A stretch of DNA of 64,000 nucleotides from Cyclobacteriaceae bacterium (GCA_040905205.1 JBBDSB010000695.1:372-64371), one strand, 5' to 3'; shown: positions 38,675-49,880, numbered from the stretch's first letter. Program-made: numbers and translations. Notes: generated by a model not told the origin, from the sequence alone.

Positions 38675-39553
38675 GTGAATTCTCAAGAGTTTTTATCCTT
38701 AATCAAAAATGGAAACCAGCTTGACGCTGAGGGTTTTAGATCCGCCAATAAACTTCATGAAAACTTCCCTTATTTTTTGATTCCTAAAATCCTTGCAGCC
38801 AAGCATGAATGGCAGCAGTCTCAAGGCAAATCATCTGAATTGCTCCATAGTGCTGCCATATTGAGCCCAGACAGAAAAAGACTGAAACAATTAATTGAGA
38901 AACCCCTGAATTTTCTGCCGGAAGAAATAATAAACCCTGATTCCAGGATCCCAAATTCAGATAGGGCTGTTTCGCCAGATGAAAAATCTCCAGAACTGGA
39001 AACGGGCACCCCTCCTGAAACTGAAATGGAAAAACCGATGGAAAAGGAAATGGAAGAACCTGTGGCGAAGCCCAAACGGGAGGAAATATTGAGGCGGCTT
39101 GAAGAAAACCTGAAAAAAATAAAAAAAACGGGTTCCACTAAGGAAATCACACCGGAAGAAAAAAAAAAAGAGGAGAAACCTGAAGAAATAATGTTGCCTC
39201 CAGTAGGTGAAGGGGAGGACTTGATCAGCTCCATCGAGCGCAAAAACATTATTAGGCCCTTAGACGATAGGGATGGCAGGGATGGTCAAAATGAAATCAT
39301 TGAAAAATTCAAAGAAAAGCCCATTAGGTTGTCCCGGGATAAAATTGAAGAATACGATGAATTACCAGACCTATCAGAAAAAAGTACGGCATTAAATGAA
39401 AACACCGTTTCAGAATCCTTCGCAAAACTCTTGGTTAAGCAGGGGAAAAAAGAAGAGGCGTCCGTAATATATCAGAAATTAATATTGAAGTTTCCAGAGA
39501 AAAGCACTTACTTTGCAGATCAAATTTCGAAATTAAAGGCAAAAAACACATAA
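38675..39553 (+). CDS. hypothetical E/K/P-rich protein (GTG start)
   Basis: 292-aa ORF with a low-complexity acidic/basic centre and a TPR-like C-terminal end (ASVIYQKLILKFPEKSTYFADQI). Confidence 0.5.
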   Translation: MNSQEFLSLIKNGNQLDAEGFRSANKLHENFPYFLIPKILAAKHEWQQSQGKSSELLHSAAILSPDRKRLKQLIEKPLNFLPEEIINPDSRIPNSDRAVSPDEKSPELETGTPPETEMEKPMEKEMEEPVAKPKREEILRRLEENLKKIKKTGSTKEITPEEKKKEEKPEEIMLPPVGEGEDLISSIERKNIIRPLDDRDGRDGQNEIIEKFKEKPIRLSRDKIEEYDELPDLSEKSTALNENTVSESFAKLLVKQGKKEEASVIYQKLILKFPEKSTYFADQISKLKAKNT

Positions 39554-39556
39554 ATC

Positions 39557-39958
39557 ATGTTTGTAGTTATTATAAGTATCATCATCATATTGGCCATATT
39601 GCTCATCTTGGTCATTTTAGGCCAAAACTCTAAGGGAGGTGTTGGAGCAGCATTTGGTGGAAGTGCCTCTCAAATCATGGGGGTGACCAAAACGGGTAAT
39701 ATTCTTGAAAAAGCCACGTGGGTTTTGGCCATTGCCATATTGGTGCTTTCTTTGGGCTCCTCTGCCTTTCATCAAAGCAGCAGTTCTTCCGAATTTTCTT
39801 CTCCAAACATTGAAAATGCACAAAAACAAATTCTAACCCCCTCTTTTGAGGATGAATCTTTATTGCCTAGTGAAGGTTCAGAGGGAGAGCCGATTCCGCT
39901 GCCGGATCAGGAAGATCCAGCTCCACTTCAGGAGCCAGAAAATCCACCGCAAGAATAA
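39557..39958 (+). CDS. secG: preprotein translocase subunit SecG with P/E/S-rich C-terminal extension
   Basis: N-terminal TM, the LGQNSKGGG-like motif (ILGQNSKGGVGAAFGG), a second TM, then a long acidic tail. Confidence 0.8.
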   Translation: MFVVIISIIIILAILLILVILGQNSKGGVGAAFGGSASQIMGVTKTGNILEKATWVLAIAILVLSLGSSAFHQSSSSSEFSSPNIENAQKQILTPSFEDESLLPSEGSEGEPIPLPDQEDPAPLQEPENPPQE

Positions 39959-39985
39959 CCATTTGCCTTTCTAAGCATATTAAAA

Positions 39986-40018
39986 AGCCCATATAGGAAT
40001 GTTTATGGGCTTTTTTTT
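39986..40018 (+). terminator. intrinsic terminator after secG
   Basis: AGCCCATA-(loop)-TATGGGCT followed by T8. Confidence 0.7.
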
Positions 40019-40123
40019 GTTGTTGTAATTCGTCAGTATAATTAAAAATAATTGATTGAATGAAGTAAATTAATTAATTTGACCTTTTTATGATCGTAAA
40101 CAAAACCAACCAAATTTACATTT

Positions 40124-41107
40124 ATGTTTGAAAATCACTTGACCTTTGAAGACTTGGGCGGAAATGATTGGCCTAACCTTATATTATGGGCTGCTCCTGT
40201 TATGTTTATTTTGGTTTTTGTGGAATGGGGAATAAGCTTGTATCAAAAAAAAGATACCTATGACGGGAAAGACTTTTTGGCAGCAGCTACCATTGGATTA
40301 ATTAACGTAGGAATAAGTGCGCTGATAAAGGTGTTTATTTTTGGTATAGCCCTGTTTTGTTGGAATATAGTTCCCTGGAAAATTCCCGGCACCTGGTGGT
40401 CATTTATATTATGTTTCTTCGCCATCGATCTGGCTCGTTACTGGGCTCATCGTATTTCTCATGAGCAGCGTTTTTGGTGGGCAAGTCACATCACCCACCA
40501 TAACTCCGAGAAATATAATTTTTCCGTCTCATTTAGGTTGGGTTGGGTTCAACATATTAAAATTATATTTTTTATCCCCGTCATGTTGATGGGATTTCAT
40601 CCCTTTGTTTTCTTTATCTGTCATCAGATTGCCGTATTGTATCAGTTCTGGATACACACGGAATACATCAAAAAATTACCCAGACCCATTGAGTTTTTCT
40701 TTACCACTCCATCACACCACCGGGTTCATCATGGCAGTGATGCACATTATTTGGACAAGAACTATGGCTCTACCTTCATTATATGGGACAGGATTTTTGG
40801 CACTTTTATGCCAGAAAAGGAAAGACCTACTTATGGCATCACCAAACCGGTTAATTCATACAACCCAATTTATTTGAATTTTCATGAATATATAGATATT
40901 GTGAAGGATTTGAAAAAAGCCAAAAACCTCAATGAGGGCTACCAGATATTATTTGGGAAACCAGGTGATGAAGTGATAAAAAACAGAGAATTAAAAGAAG
41001 AAATGATGCGTCAGGAAAAATCAACGCAGGAATTGGAAGAAGAAAAAATAAAATCCCCACCAGCCCCGGTGATGTATTCAAATGAAAATTCACTTTTGAA
41101 AAAGTAA
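40124..41107 (+). CDS. fatty acid hydroxylase / sterol desaturase superfamily membrane protein
   Basis: Histidine boxes HRISHEQRFWWASHITHHNS and HHRVHH, with an N-terminal TM region. Confidence 0.75.
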   Translation: MFENHLTFEDLGGNDWPNLILWAAPVMFILVFVEWGISLYQKKDTYDGKDFLAAATIGLINVGISALIKVFIFGIALFCWNIVPWKIPGTWWSFILCFFAIDLARYWAHRISHEQRFWWASHITHHNSEKYNFSVSFRLGWVQHIKIIFFIPVMLMGFHPFVFFICHQIAVLYQFWIHTEYIKKLPRPIEFFFTTPSHHRVHHGSDAHYLDKNYGSTFIIWDRIFGTFMPEKERPTYGITKPVNSYNPIYLNFHEYIDIVKDLKKAKNLNEGYQILFGKPGDEVIKNRELKEEMMRQEKSTQELEEEKIKSPPAPVMYSNENSLLKK

Positions 41108-41136
41108 GAATAGCCGGCATTGATAAGTGTATTATT

Positions 41137-41169
41137 GAAAAGGAGGTTGGGATGACCTCCTTTTTTTTA
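41137..41169. terminator. bidirectional terminator between convergent genes
   Basis: AAAAGGAGGT-tgggatg-ACCTCCTTTTTTTT, with A/T runs on both sides. Confidence 0.65.
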
Positions 41170-41877
41170 TACCTCAATATGTCTTAATAACAACCTTTTA
41201 CTGATGGGTAAAAAGCTTTCTTCCAAAGGTATTTTTTGATTGGAATGGATTCTCCATGCCGACGGATTCGGTAGATCGCTGAATTTTTTAATCAAATCCA
41301 GTTTGATATTATCATAAGTATTAACAAGGCTGGTCTTAACTGCCTCAATAAATTTTAGGGCAATACCCCTGAATTTATCTACGCTATTCTGAAATAAATT
41401 GATGGTATAACGATAAATATACACATCAGAACCGTTTTTATAGGAAAACAATGCATAGCCTTCCTTTTGGTACAATGAAGTCAGTCCAATGGGTTCTATT
41501 TCCAAATGGCTCTCAATAAAGTCATAAATGGATTTTCCCTCTTCAATCTGCTTTTTGAACCTGGGTAGGGAATAATCCACTATATCGGACAGTTCTTTCA
41601 TGACCTCATCTTCCTGGATGCGGTTTTTATATTTAATTTTAAGTTTTTTAAAATCAACACCTTCCATTTCTTTTGGAAATGATAATTTTAATTCGTGTTT
41701 GGTTTTGTCAAAATGGCTGAGTTTTTCATAATGTTTGATTAATTCTGCCAGAGGAGGATAAAGTTTCACTTCTCTGAATTTTTCATCTACATTTTTCAAA
41801 TAAGCCAAAAGGATGTATTTTTTATATTCAAAATCAATCCATCCTTCAGAAAACCAGTTTTCAGTTAATTTATTCAT
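41167..41877 (-). CDS. hypothetical protein
   Basis: 236-aa ORF, soluble and K/E-rich. No family recognised. Confidence 0.5.
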   Translation of the reverse strand: MNKLTENWFSEGWIDFEYKKYILLAYLKNVDEKFREVKLYPPLAELIKHYEKLSHFDKTKHELKLSFPKEMEGVDFKKLKIKYKNRIQEDEVMKELSDIVDYSLPRFKKQIEEGKSIYDFIESHLEIEPIGLTSLYQKEGYALFSYKNGSDVYIYRYTINLFQNSVDKFRGIALKFIEAVKTSLVNTYDNIKLDLIKKFSDLPNPSAWRIHSNQKIPLEESFLPISKRLLLRHIEV

Positions 41878-42103
41878 GGGCGATCCATTTGATTTACTTC
41901 TAAAAAGTACGAAAAAGTGACAAAAGTTGCAATACCTTTCAGAAAAATTGGCAGGTTATTTTTTTTATTCTCCAAATCCATGTCAGGGGGGATTTACATT
42001 TAAGACTTTCTGTCAGGAAATCCTGCCTCTTTAAAATTGGCACAGAAAGTGTTAATTGGGATATCGTATTACAGAAATTAACCTTTAAAAATAACTAAAT
42101 AAG

Positions 42104-42382
42104 ATGTCAAAAGTAAATATCCAACCTTTAGCAGATAGGGTTTTGGTAGAACCCGCTGCAGCAGAAGAAAAAACGGCTTCAGGATTATACATTCCTGATA
42201 CTGCCAAAGAAAAACCCCAAAAAGGCACTGTAGTGGCGATAGGAAGCGGTAAAAAAGACGAACCATTGACGGTTAAAGTCGGAGATACTGTTTTGTATGG
42301 TAAATATGCCGGTACTGAGTTATCGGTGGAAGGTGCTGATTATTTGATCATGAGGGAAGCGGATATTTTTGCTATCCTTTGA
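42104..42382 (+). CDS. groES: co-chaperonin GroES
   Basis: 92 aa. [12 protein letters not shown]...[21 protein letters not shown]. Confidence 0.95.
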   Translation: MSKVNIQPLADRVLVEPAAAEEKTASGLYIPDTAKEKPQKGTVVAIGSGKKDEPLTVKVGDTVLYGKYAGTELSVEGADYLIMREADIFAIL

Positions 42383-42423
42383 TCTTTTATAATCAAATTT
42401 TAATTTTAATCAAACTAATTTAA

Positions 42424-44070
<1,647 letters not shown>

Positions 44071-44096
44071 TCCCCTTATTCCGAATAATTCAATCT

Positions 44097-44130
44097 AAAA
44101 GGGAAGCAAATATTGCTTCCCTTTTTTTTA
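44097..44130 (+). terminator. intrinsic terminator after groEL
   Basis: GGGAAGCA-aatat-TGCTTCCC followed by T8. Confidence 0.75.
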
Positions 44131-44291
44131 GCACTTTCCCCTATCCCTGCGGTTCAAAACCAAATAGATATTGTTTTTGTCCTGTTTTATGTGGGTAGGT
44201 AAAATATCAATAATAAGTTTTTATAGTGAGATTATAGTGTTAAATTTCCGACATTAGTCTTTTCGAGAGCAAGTTTTTATTTTAAATATCA

Positions 44292-44666
44292 ATGTATCCA
44301 TTCGATTTAATTGTTTTAATTGATGATGATCCCATAAACAACCTTATCAATAAACGGTTAATCACAAAATTGAATCTTTCCCCAAAAACGATAGAATTTT
44401 TGGAAGCGGAAAAAGCACTTTATTACCTCAAAAAGCCAGATATAGAAAATAAGATTCTAATTTTGGTAGACATTAATATGCCTGTAATGAATGGATGGGA
44501 TTTTTTGGATCAATATGTGGAACTTGAAAATAAAAGAGAAGACAGGATCATCATGCTGTCCAGTTCGATTGATTTTCAAGACCGACAAAAATCAGAAGAA
44601 TTCCCGTTTGTAAGTGGATTTATCGAAAAGCCCCTTACCCATGAAAAATTAGAAACCCTTATTTGA
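44292..44666 (+). CDS. single-domain response regulator (receiver only)
   Basis: 124 aa. Acidic pocket LIDDDP, phospho-acceptor context LVDINMP, conserved Lys in IEKP. Confidence 0.8.
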   Translation: MYPFDLIVLIDDDPINNLINKRLITKLNLSPKTIEFLEAEKALYYLKKPDIENKILILVDINMPVMNGWDFLDQYVELENKREDRIIMLSSSIDFQDRQKSEEFPFVSGFIEKPLTHEKLETLI

Positions 44667-44667
44667 C

Positions 44668-45678
44668 ATGTCAGGTCATTCCCATATCAAGGCCGGATCC
44701 GGATGTGAAATTTACCGCTTTGAGGGACCCAACCTTGAAAAATTCTGGCTTACCAGCCCTTCCCAATTGTCAAATATAATTGAAGGCAATCAAAAAATAT
44801 GGATCAACATCCAAAATCACACCCATCAGGAGTGGATAGAGGCTATACAAAACCGGTACAAGATCCATCCATTGATTCTGGAGGATATTCAGCATTCCAG
44901 TCAGCAACCTAAAATCGAATTTTTTGAAGACATGGTCTTTATCACACTTAAAATGATCTACTCTATGGACCAAAAGTTGGATCATATTAAAACAGAAAGG
45001 ATCAGCATCTTATTTGGTGAAAATTACCTCATTACGTTTCAGGAAAAACCGGAGGATATATTTGATTTGATCCGGGTCCGGCTGGAAAATCCCCAGGGGA
45101 AAATGAGACGCTTGGGTACCGATTATTTTGCCTATACCCTTCTGGATACCATTATTGATCAATATTATCAAATTCTGGAAATCATCATTATCGATATGGA
45201 AAAAAGGGAAGATCGTCTTTTGAAAAATACCGGACAATTTAACCTTTCCACCATTTATTCCTTGCGCAAAAAAGTCGAGTACCTAAGAAGAAATACCTGG
45301 TCAGTCCGGGAATTACTGTCAAAATGGAAAAAAGAAGAACACCGCTTTTTAAAAAAGAAAAACCAGGTCTACCTCAACGATGCCTATGATCATTGTCTAG
45401 AAATTATTGACAACCTGGAAATACAAAAAGAATCCCTTAACAGCTTGGTAGAGATGTACATGGCTTTGCTCAGTATCCGGCAAAATGAAATCACCAAAAC
45501 CCTTACCATCATAGCCACCATTTTCATCCCACTCACTTTTTTGGCAGGGGTTTACGGGATGAATTTTGAAAACATGCCTGAACTTAGCTGGAAATACGGT
45601 TATTTTGCCACCTGGATGGTATTTGTAATGGTAGTCCTTGCCTTAATTTTTTACTTTAAAAAGCGAAAGTGGCTTTGA
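44668..45678 (+). CDS. corA: CorA-family Mg2+/Co2+ transporter
   Basis: 336 aa. YGMNFENMPE (GMN motif) between two C-terminal TM helices. The ATG lies 1 nt after the receiver gene stop. Confidence 0.85.
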   Translation: MSGHSHIKAGSGCEIYRFEGPNLEKFWLTSPSQLSNIIEGNQKIWINIQNHTHQEWIEAIQNRYKIHPLILEDIQHSSQQPKIEFFEDMVFITLKMIYSMDQKLDHIKTERISILFGENYLITFQEKPEDIFDLIRVRLENPQGKMRRLGTDYFAYTLLDTIIDQYYQILEIIIIDMEKREDRLLKNTGQFNLSTIYSLRKKVEYLRRNTWSVRELLSKWKKEEHRFLKKKNQVYLNDAYDHCLEIIDNLEIQKESLNSLVEMYMALLSIRQNEITKTLTIIATIFIPLTFLAGVYGMNFENMPELSWKYGYFATWMVFVMVVLALIFYFKKRKWL

Positions 45679-46101
45679 CCAACGCAATGGTTACTGTCAA
45701 CCGCCAATTTCCTTTCTAATGGATTATTGATTTCCCGTCAGATAAGTCTGGAAGCATTGACAGCACCAGGTTTAATTCCAGGCCAAAACTACCTTTTCCC
45801 CACCGTATGGTTATTTTTCATTAAGAAAAACCGTTGTGATAATTTTCCGATGGTGAAATCGAGCATGACGCAAGCGACACACAGAGGGATGATTATCAAG
45901 CATGCGAGATTCCACCCCGACCTTCCGACCTTCGGTGCGGGACAAGTTATGACCTTAGAAAATCAAATTATAAACAGATGAAAGGACCACTCTTAGCCTT
46001 GCTTCCTGCTAAAAAATAGTTCAAACCGGGGATGTTTTTAAACCAAAAAAATCCCCGGTTGATTACCATAAAATAAAGCCAATAACTAAATCTTAATTTT
46101 T

Positions 46102-46314
46102 CTAGACAACCGCCTTACGGCCTTCGAGTCTGGATGTTTTCCAGTAGAAATAGACAAAGCCAAATTGAGGAACAAAAAACAGTAAAATCTTTGGAAACAA
46201 AGCACTGGAGCCTTCGCTCACATCCACACCTGACAATTTGGCTCCCACAAGGATCAATACCACCGCCAACAAGGCAAACAAATTAGCTACAATCAATTTC
46301 GTTTTATTTTTCAT
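46102..46314 (-). CDS. small membrane protein, unknown function
   Basis: 70 aa with two hydrophobic helices. A hairpin lies at about 46024-46060 downstream. Confidence 0.35.
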   Translation of the reverse strand: MKNKTKLIVANLFALLAVVLILVGAKLSGVDVSEGSSALFPKILLFFVPQFGFVYFYWKTSRLEGRKAVV

Positions 46315-46830
46315 ACCCTTTTAAAAATGAAATAGTGAAAATTAAATAATCTATTAAGCAATTCAGGTAACTAAATCACAAATTCACTGCTAATATGAGA
46401 CAAAAAATTCGTTTATCAAATCCCGTTCTCCCCCATAGCCCTGCTCCAATCTATCTGAAAATGAGTATTTTATCAATATGTAATTTATGCAAAGCAATTA
46501 TTGCATATCATAAAAAAGAATTTGCACTTTACTCAATAAATTGAACCGCAATATTTTTTAAAAAAAATCGATTATTTTTCCATCTAATTTCATTTCATCA
46601 AGTAAGCCTATCCTTATGTAAAAATAAATGATCCGTTTTTCGGATTTTGGGTGACAAATATCTACTGGCAATAATGGCTTTTTTTAGTGATGGAGAACAA
46701 ATATTTTATACCCTTGTACCCTAATTTATCAGATTATCATTAAATTAAAATCCCTTTTCTTATTTGATTCAATTTTAAGGGGTTTAGCATACCTCATTTT
46801 GGAGAAAAACCTTTCTTTAAAAACGCTTGA

Positions 46831-48966
46831 ATGCAACAAATTTCTAAATATGGTCTGGTCAGGTTTTTCCCTTTAAGATACCTTTTTTTGTTGGGATCCA
46901 TGTTTACCCTTACTTCAAATGGAATGGAGGTCAAAGGCTTCAGGGAAGATTTTAACAACTCCTGCCCAGCTGGATTGCCACCGGGCTGGACGGCCATCAA
47001 TAGTTTGGGAGAGCAAACCTGGAACTGTTCTGCTTTTGGAAGAACCAACACCAACCCGGAGGGATCCGCTCCCCATGGTTTACAGATCAATGGCTTTGAT
47101 GGTTTTTCACATTTGAATGAAGATTGGCTGATCAGCCCAGCCTTTGACCTGAGGGAATTTAATTTTCCTTTGCTGTCCTTTTGGAGCAGAATGGCTTTTT
47201 CAGGCCCAAGGTTAAAGTTAATGGTTTCAGTGGACTATGTCCAGGGAAATCCGCATGCTGCCAACTGGATCCAACTGGGGGATCGATTTGCCCAGGAAGA
47301 TACCTGGGCTTATTCCGGTGAAATCAATCTTGATTCATTCAAAGCTGAGTCCGTAAGAATTGCCTTTCTCTATCAATCCTCTCCTGAACACAACGCCGCA
47401 AGGTGGACGATTGATGATTTTGTTCTAAATAATGCTGAGGTAGCCCCTTCCCCCTACCTGCATACTACCTTTAAGAAGGCTGATTACCTTCATTTTGGAA
47501 CCCAAGGCGTGGATCAGCCCTCTTCTGCCAAAACTTTTGGCTTTTCCCTTCAGGATGGAAGTAAAGACCTAAATATCCTTGGGCCAGATGGCTTTCAATT
47601 TTCGAAGGATAGCCTTCAATATTTTCCTGGCCTGTCCTACTCACCGAAAGAAGCCGCATCAGAAAATAAGGTATTCATCAGGTTTCGTCCAAGATCTGAA
47701 GGTGCTTTCAGCGGACCACTCTTATTTAAATATGGGGATAATTCGGAAATGAAATCCTTTCTTTCTGGCTCCACCGTTGCTGGGAAAATGACCTTAGATG
47801 TGGTGACCTGGAACCTGGAATGGTTTGGTTCCTCCGTCCCCTTCCAGGGCCCACAAAATGTAAACCTGCAACTAGAAAATGTAAAAAAGGTAATCCTGGA
47901 CCTGAATGCGGATATCTATGCTTTCCAGGAAATCACGGATACGGTGCTTTTTCATTATTTGATCGATGATCTACCAGGATATAAAGCCCGTCTGTCACCT
48001 GCCACATCCGGAGGTCCGGATCAATATAAATCTGCTCAAAAACTGGCGTTTGTTTATAAAACAGCCACCATGGTACCGATCAGCCAAAGGGTTTTGTTTA
48101 AAGACCTGGATTTGAATGCACTGAAAAATTATCCTTCGGAAACGGGTAGGTTTTGGGCCAGTGGAAGGCTCCCCTACCTGATGGAATTCATGGCCAAAAT
48201 CAATGGCAACGAAAAAGAAATCACTTTAATCAATGTCCATACCCGCTCCAATGGGGGCGGTGAAAGTGCGTCCAACCCCAGGTATGCCATGAGGAAATAC
48301 GATGTTTCGGTTTTGAAAGACTCATTGGACTTATATTATGCCCAAGTTCCCCTCATCTTATTAGGTGATTTTAATGATGATCTGGACGAAACGGTGGCCG
48401 ACCAAACTGCTTCTACGGTCGGTACTGCTGAAACTTCTTTTATCCGGTTTATGGAGGACATAGAAAATTACCATCCGGCCACGCTGGCCCTTAGTCTGGC
48501 AGGATTACGGACTTATTTGGCTAACGACCATGTGATTGACCATATGGTCCTTTCTGATGAATTAAAAGTAGCCTATTTAAACCATTCCTCCAGAATAGTG
48601 ACTCCCTTTGACCTGATCACCAATTACCAAAATACGACCTCGGATCATTTTCCTGTAAAAATCCGGCTTAATTTGGAAAAATGGAACTGGACTGATCCTT
48701 TACTTGGTCTTCCCAAGCAACATCCTGAACCGGCAATTAAAGTCTACCCTAATCCGGCCAACAAACTCGTTCAGGTTTATATGAATAATAAAAAAGGAAT
48801 ATTCCAAGTGGAATTGAAAAATGTCCAGGGTCAAATACTTCAAAACATTTTATCTGAAAATGGAAGGGTGAAATTGGATGTTTCCGCTTTGCCAAAAGGT
48901 GTTTATTTCCTTCAGGTAACGCCTTCAACAGGGAGAATGATGTTTCAAAGACTGGTAATACGTTAA
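46831..48966 (+). CDS. secreted endonuclease/exonuclease/phosphatase (EEP) family protein with T9SS C-terminal sorting domain
   Basis: The N-terminal domain resembles choice-of-anchor-J/MAM (FREDFNN...GWTAIN...DWLISP). The EEP core has VVTWNLEWFG, YAFQE, GDFND and SDHFPV. The C-terminus KVYPNPANKLVQV...GVYFLQV...RLVIR is a T9SS CTD signature. Confidence 0.75.
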   Translation: MQQISKYGLVRFFPLRYLFLLGSMFTLTSNGMEVKGFREDFNNSCPAGLPPGWTAINSLGEQTWNCSAFGRTNTNPEGSAPHGLQINGFDGFSHLNEDWLISPAFDLREFNFPLLSFWSRMAFSGPRLKLMVSVDYVQGNPHAANWIQLGDRFAQEDTWAYSGEINLDSFKAESVRIAFLYQSSPEHNAARWTIDDFVLNNAEVAPSPYLHTTFKKADYLHFGTQGVDQPSSAKTFGFSLQDGSKDLNILGPDGFQFSKDSLQYFPGLSYSPKEAASENKVFIRFRPRSEGAFSGPLLFKYGDNSEMKSFLSGSTVAGKMTLDVVTWNLEWFGSSVPFQGPQNVNLQLENVKKVILDLNADIYAFQEITDTVLFHYLIDDLPGYKARLSPATSGGPDQYKSAQKLAFVYKTATMVPISQRVLFKDLDLNALKNYPSETGRFWASGRLPYLMEFMAKINGNEKEITLINVHTRSNGGGESASNPRYAMRKYDVSVLKDSLDLYYAQVPLILLGDFNDDLDETVADQTASTVGTAETSFIRFMEDIENYHPATLALSLAGLRTYLANDHVIDHMVLSDELKVAYLNHSSRIVTPFDLITNYQNTTSDHFPVKIRLNLEKWNWTDPLLGLPKQHPEPAIKVYPNPANKLVQVYMNNKKGIFQVELKNVQGQILQNILSENGRVKLDVSALPKGVYFLQVTPSTGRMMFQRLVIR

Positions 48967-49126
48967 GCAAATTTGCTATGCCTTTTGACCAACTTATATT
49001 TTGGATAAGGAATAAGGGATATATAACTAAAGTTACGCACATTGATTTAAACAAGCTGGGAACATTATATGCCTAAAAATTTTAATCCCAACCAATTCCA
49101 GTAAACCAAGGAATATTATTTATTAT

Positions 49127-49136
49127 TGTAGCACAT
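49127..49136. promoter_or_regulatory. candidate GntR operator TGTAGCACAT (copy 1, upstream of the GntR gene)
   Basis: An identical 10-mer occurs 34 nt upstream of the GntR start and again upstream of the sialidase gene. It contains a GT-N-AC type dyad (tTGT-agc-ACAt). Confidence 0.4.
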
Positions 49137-49169
49137 TTAAACTTAATCATCCACCTTTTAATTTAAATC

Positions 49170-49880
49170 GTGAAGAAATCATCCAAAAATTCTATTAATG
49201 GCCTGGAGCCTTTGGTGACTTTGACCATGGCGGACAGGGTCGAGGATCAACTGCGAAAGTTCTTAAAGGAAGGAGGTTTTAAACCCGGGGACCCTATTCC
49301 AAAAGAAATGGAAATTGCCGAAAACTTGGGAGTTAGCAGAAATGTGGTTAGGGAAGCTTTGAGCCGTTTTAGAATGCTGGGGTTGATTGAAACGAAAAAA
49401 CGCCGTGGAATGGTTTTGGCCAGGCCCGATGTCCTGGTTTCACTTGAAAAGGTATTGGATCCCTACATTCTGAGTAAAGATACCCGCCAGGAATTGTTTG
49501 AACTCCGGCTGATATTGGAAATGGGTCTTGCCGATGTGCTGTTTAAGCGCAAAAAAGAAGAAGATTTTGAGGTCCTGCAGGAAATTGCAGACAGGGAAAA
49601 GCTGGCTGTAAAAACACTGGACAGGGTACAATGTGACATTGAATTCCATGCCATGCTTTACCGTATTGCCGGAAACAATATTTTGAAGCGGTTTCAGAAA
49701 TTACTCCTGCCGGTCTTTCAATATGTGGTGGAATATGAATCAAAACATAGGGAGTCAAAGTGGCCCCTTGTAGGTGAGGTAAAACATCAGGACTTGATCC
49801 ATGTATTAAGAAAAGGCACACCGGACGAATTCAGGGTGAGCATGTACAGTCATCTAAAACCCCACTTCGACCACGTATGA
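49170..49880 (+). CDS. GntR-family transcriptional regulator, FadR/NanR-like (FCD C-terminal domain)
   Basis: 236 aa with a GTG start. Winged HTH (EIAENLGVSRNVVREALSRFRMLGLIETKKRRG) plus a helical FCD-like domain. Confidence 0.8.
   Translation: MKKSSKNSINGLEPLVTLTMADRVEDQLRKFLKEGGFKPGDPIPKEMEIAENLGVSRNVVREALSRFRMLGLIETKKRRGMVLARPDVLVSLEKVLDPYILSKDTRQELFELRLILEMGLADVLFKRKKEEDFEVLQEIADREKLAVKTLDRVQCDIEFHAMLYRIAGNNILKRFQKLLLPVFQYVVEYESKHRESKWPLVGEVKHQDLIHVLRKGTPDEFRVSMYSHLKPHFDHV

Noticed and set aside
38821-39249. 142-aa antisense ORF in the E/K-rich gene
   Set aside because: It is the complement of a purine-rich low-complexity coding region and has a Ser/Phe/Gly-rich translation with no start context.
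41878-42103. Search for a CIRCE (HrcA) operator upstream of groES
   Set aside because: No TTAGCACTC-N9-GAGTGCTAA-like inverted repeat is present in the spacer.
45727-45981. 84-aa ORF downstream of corA
   Set aside because: It has no family resemblance, odd composition and no promoter or terminator logic. I treat the region as non-coding or relic sequence (see the finding for 45679-46101).
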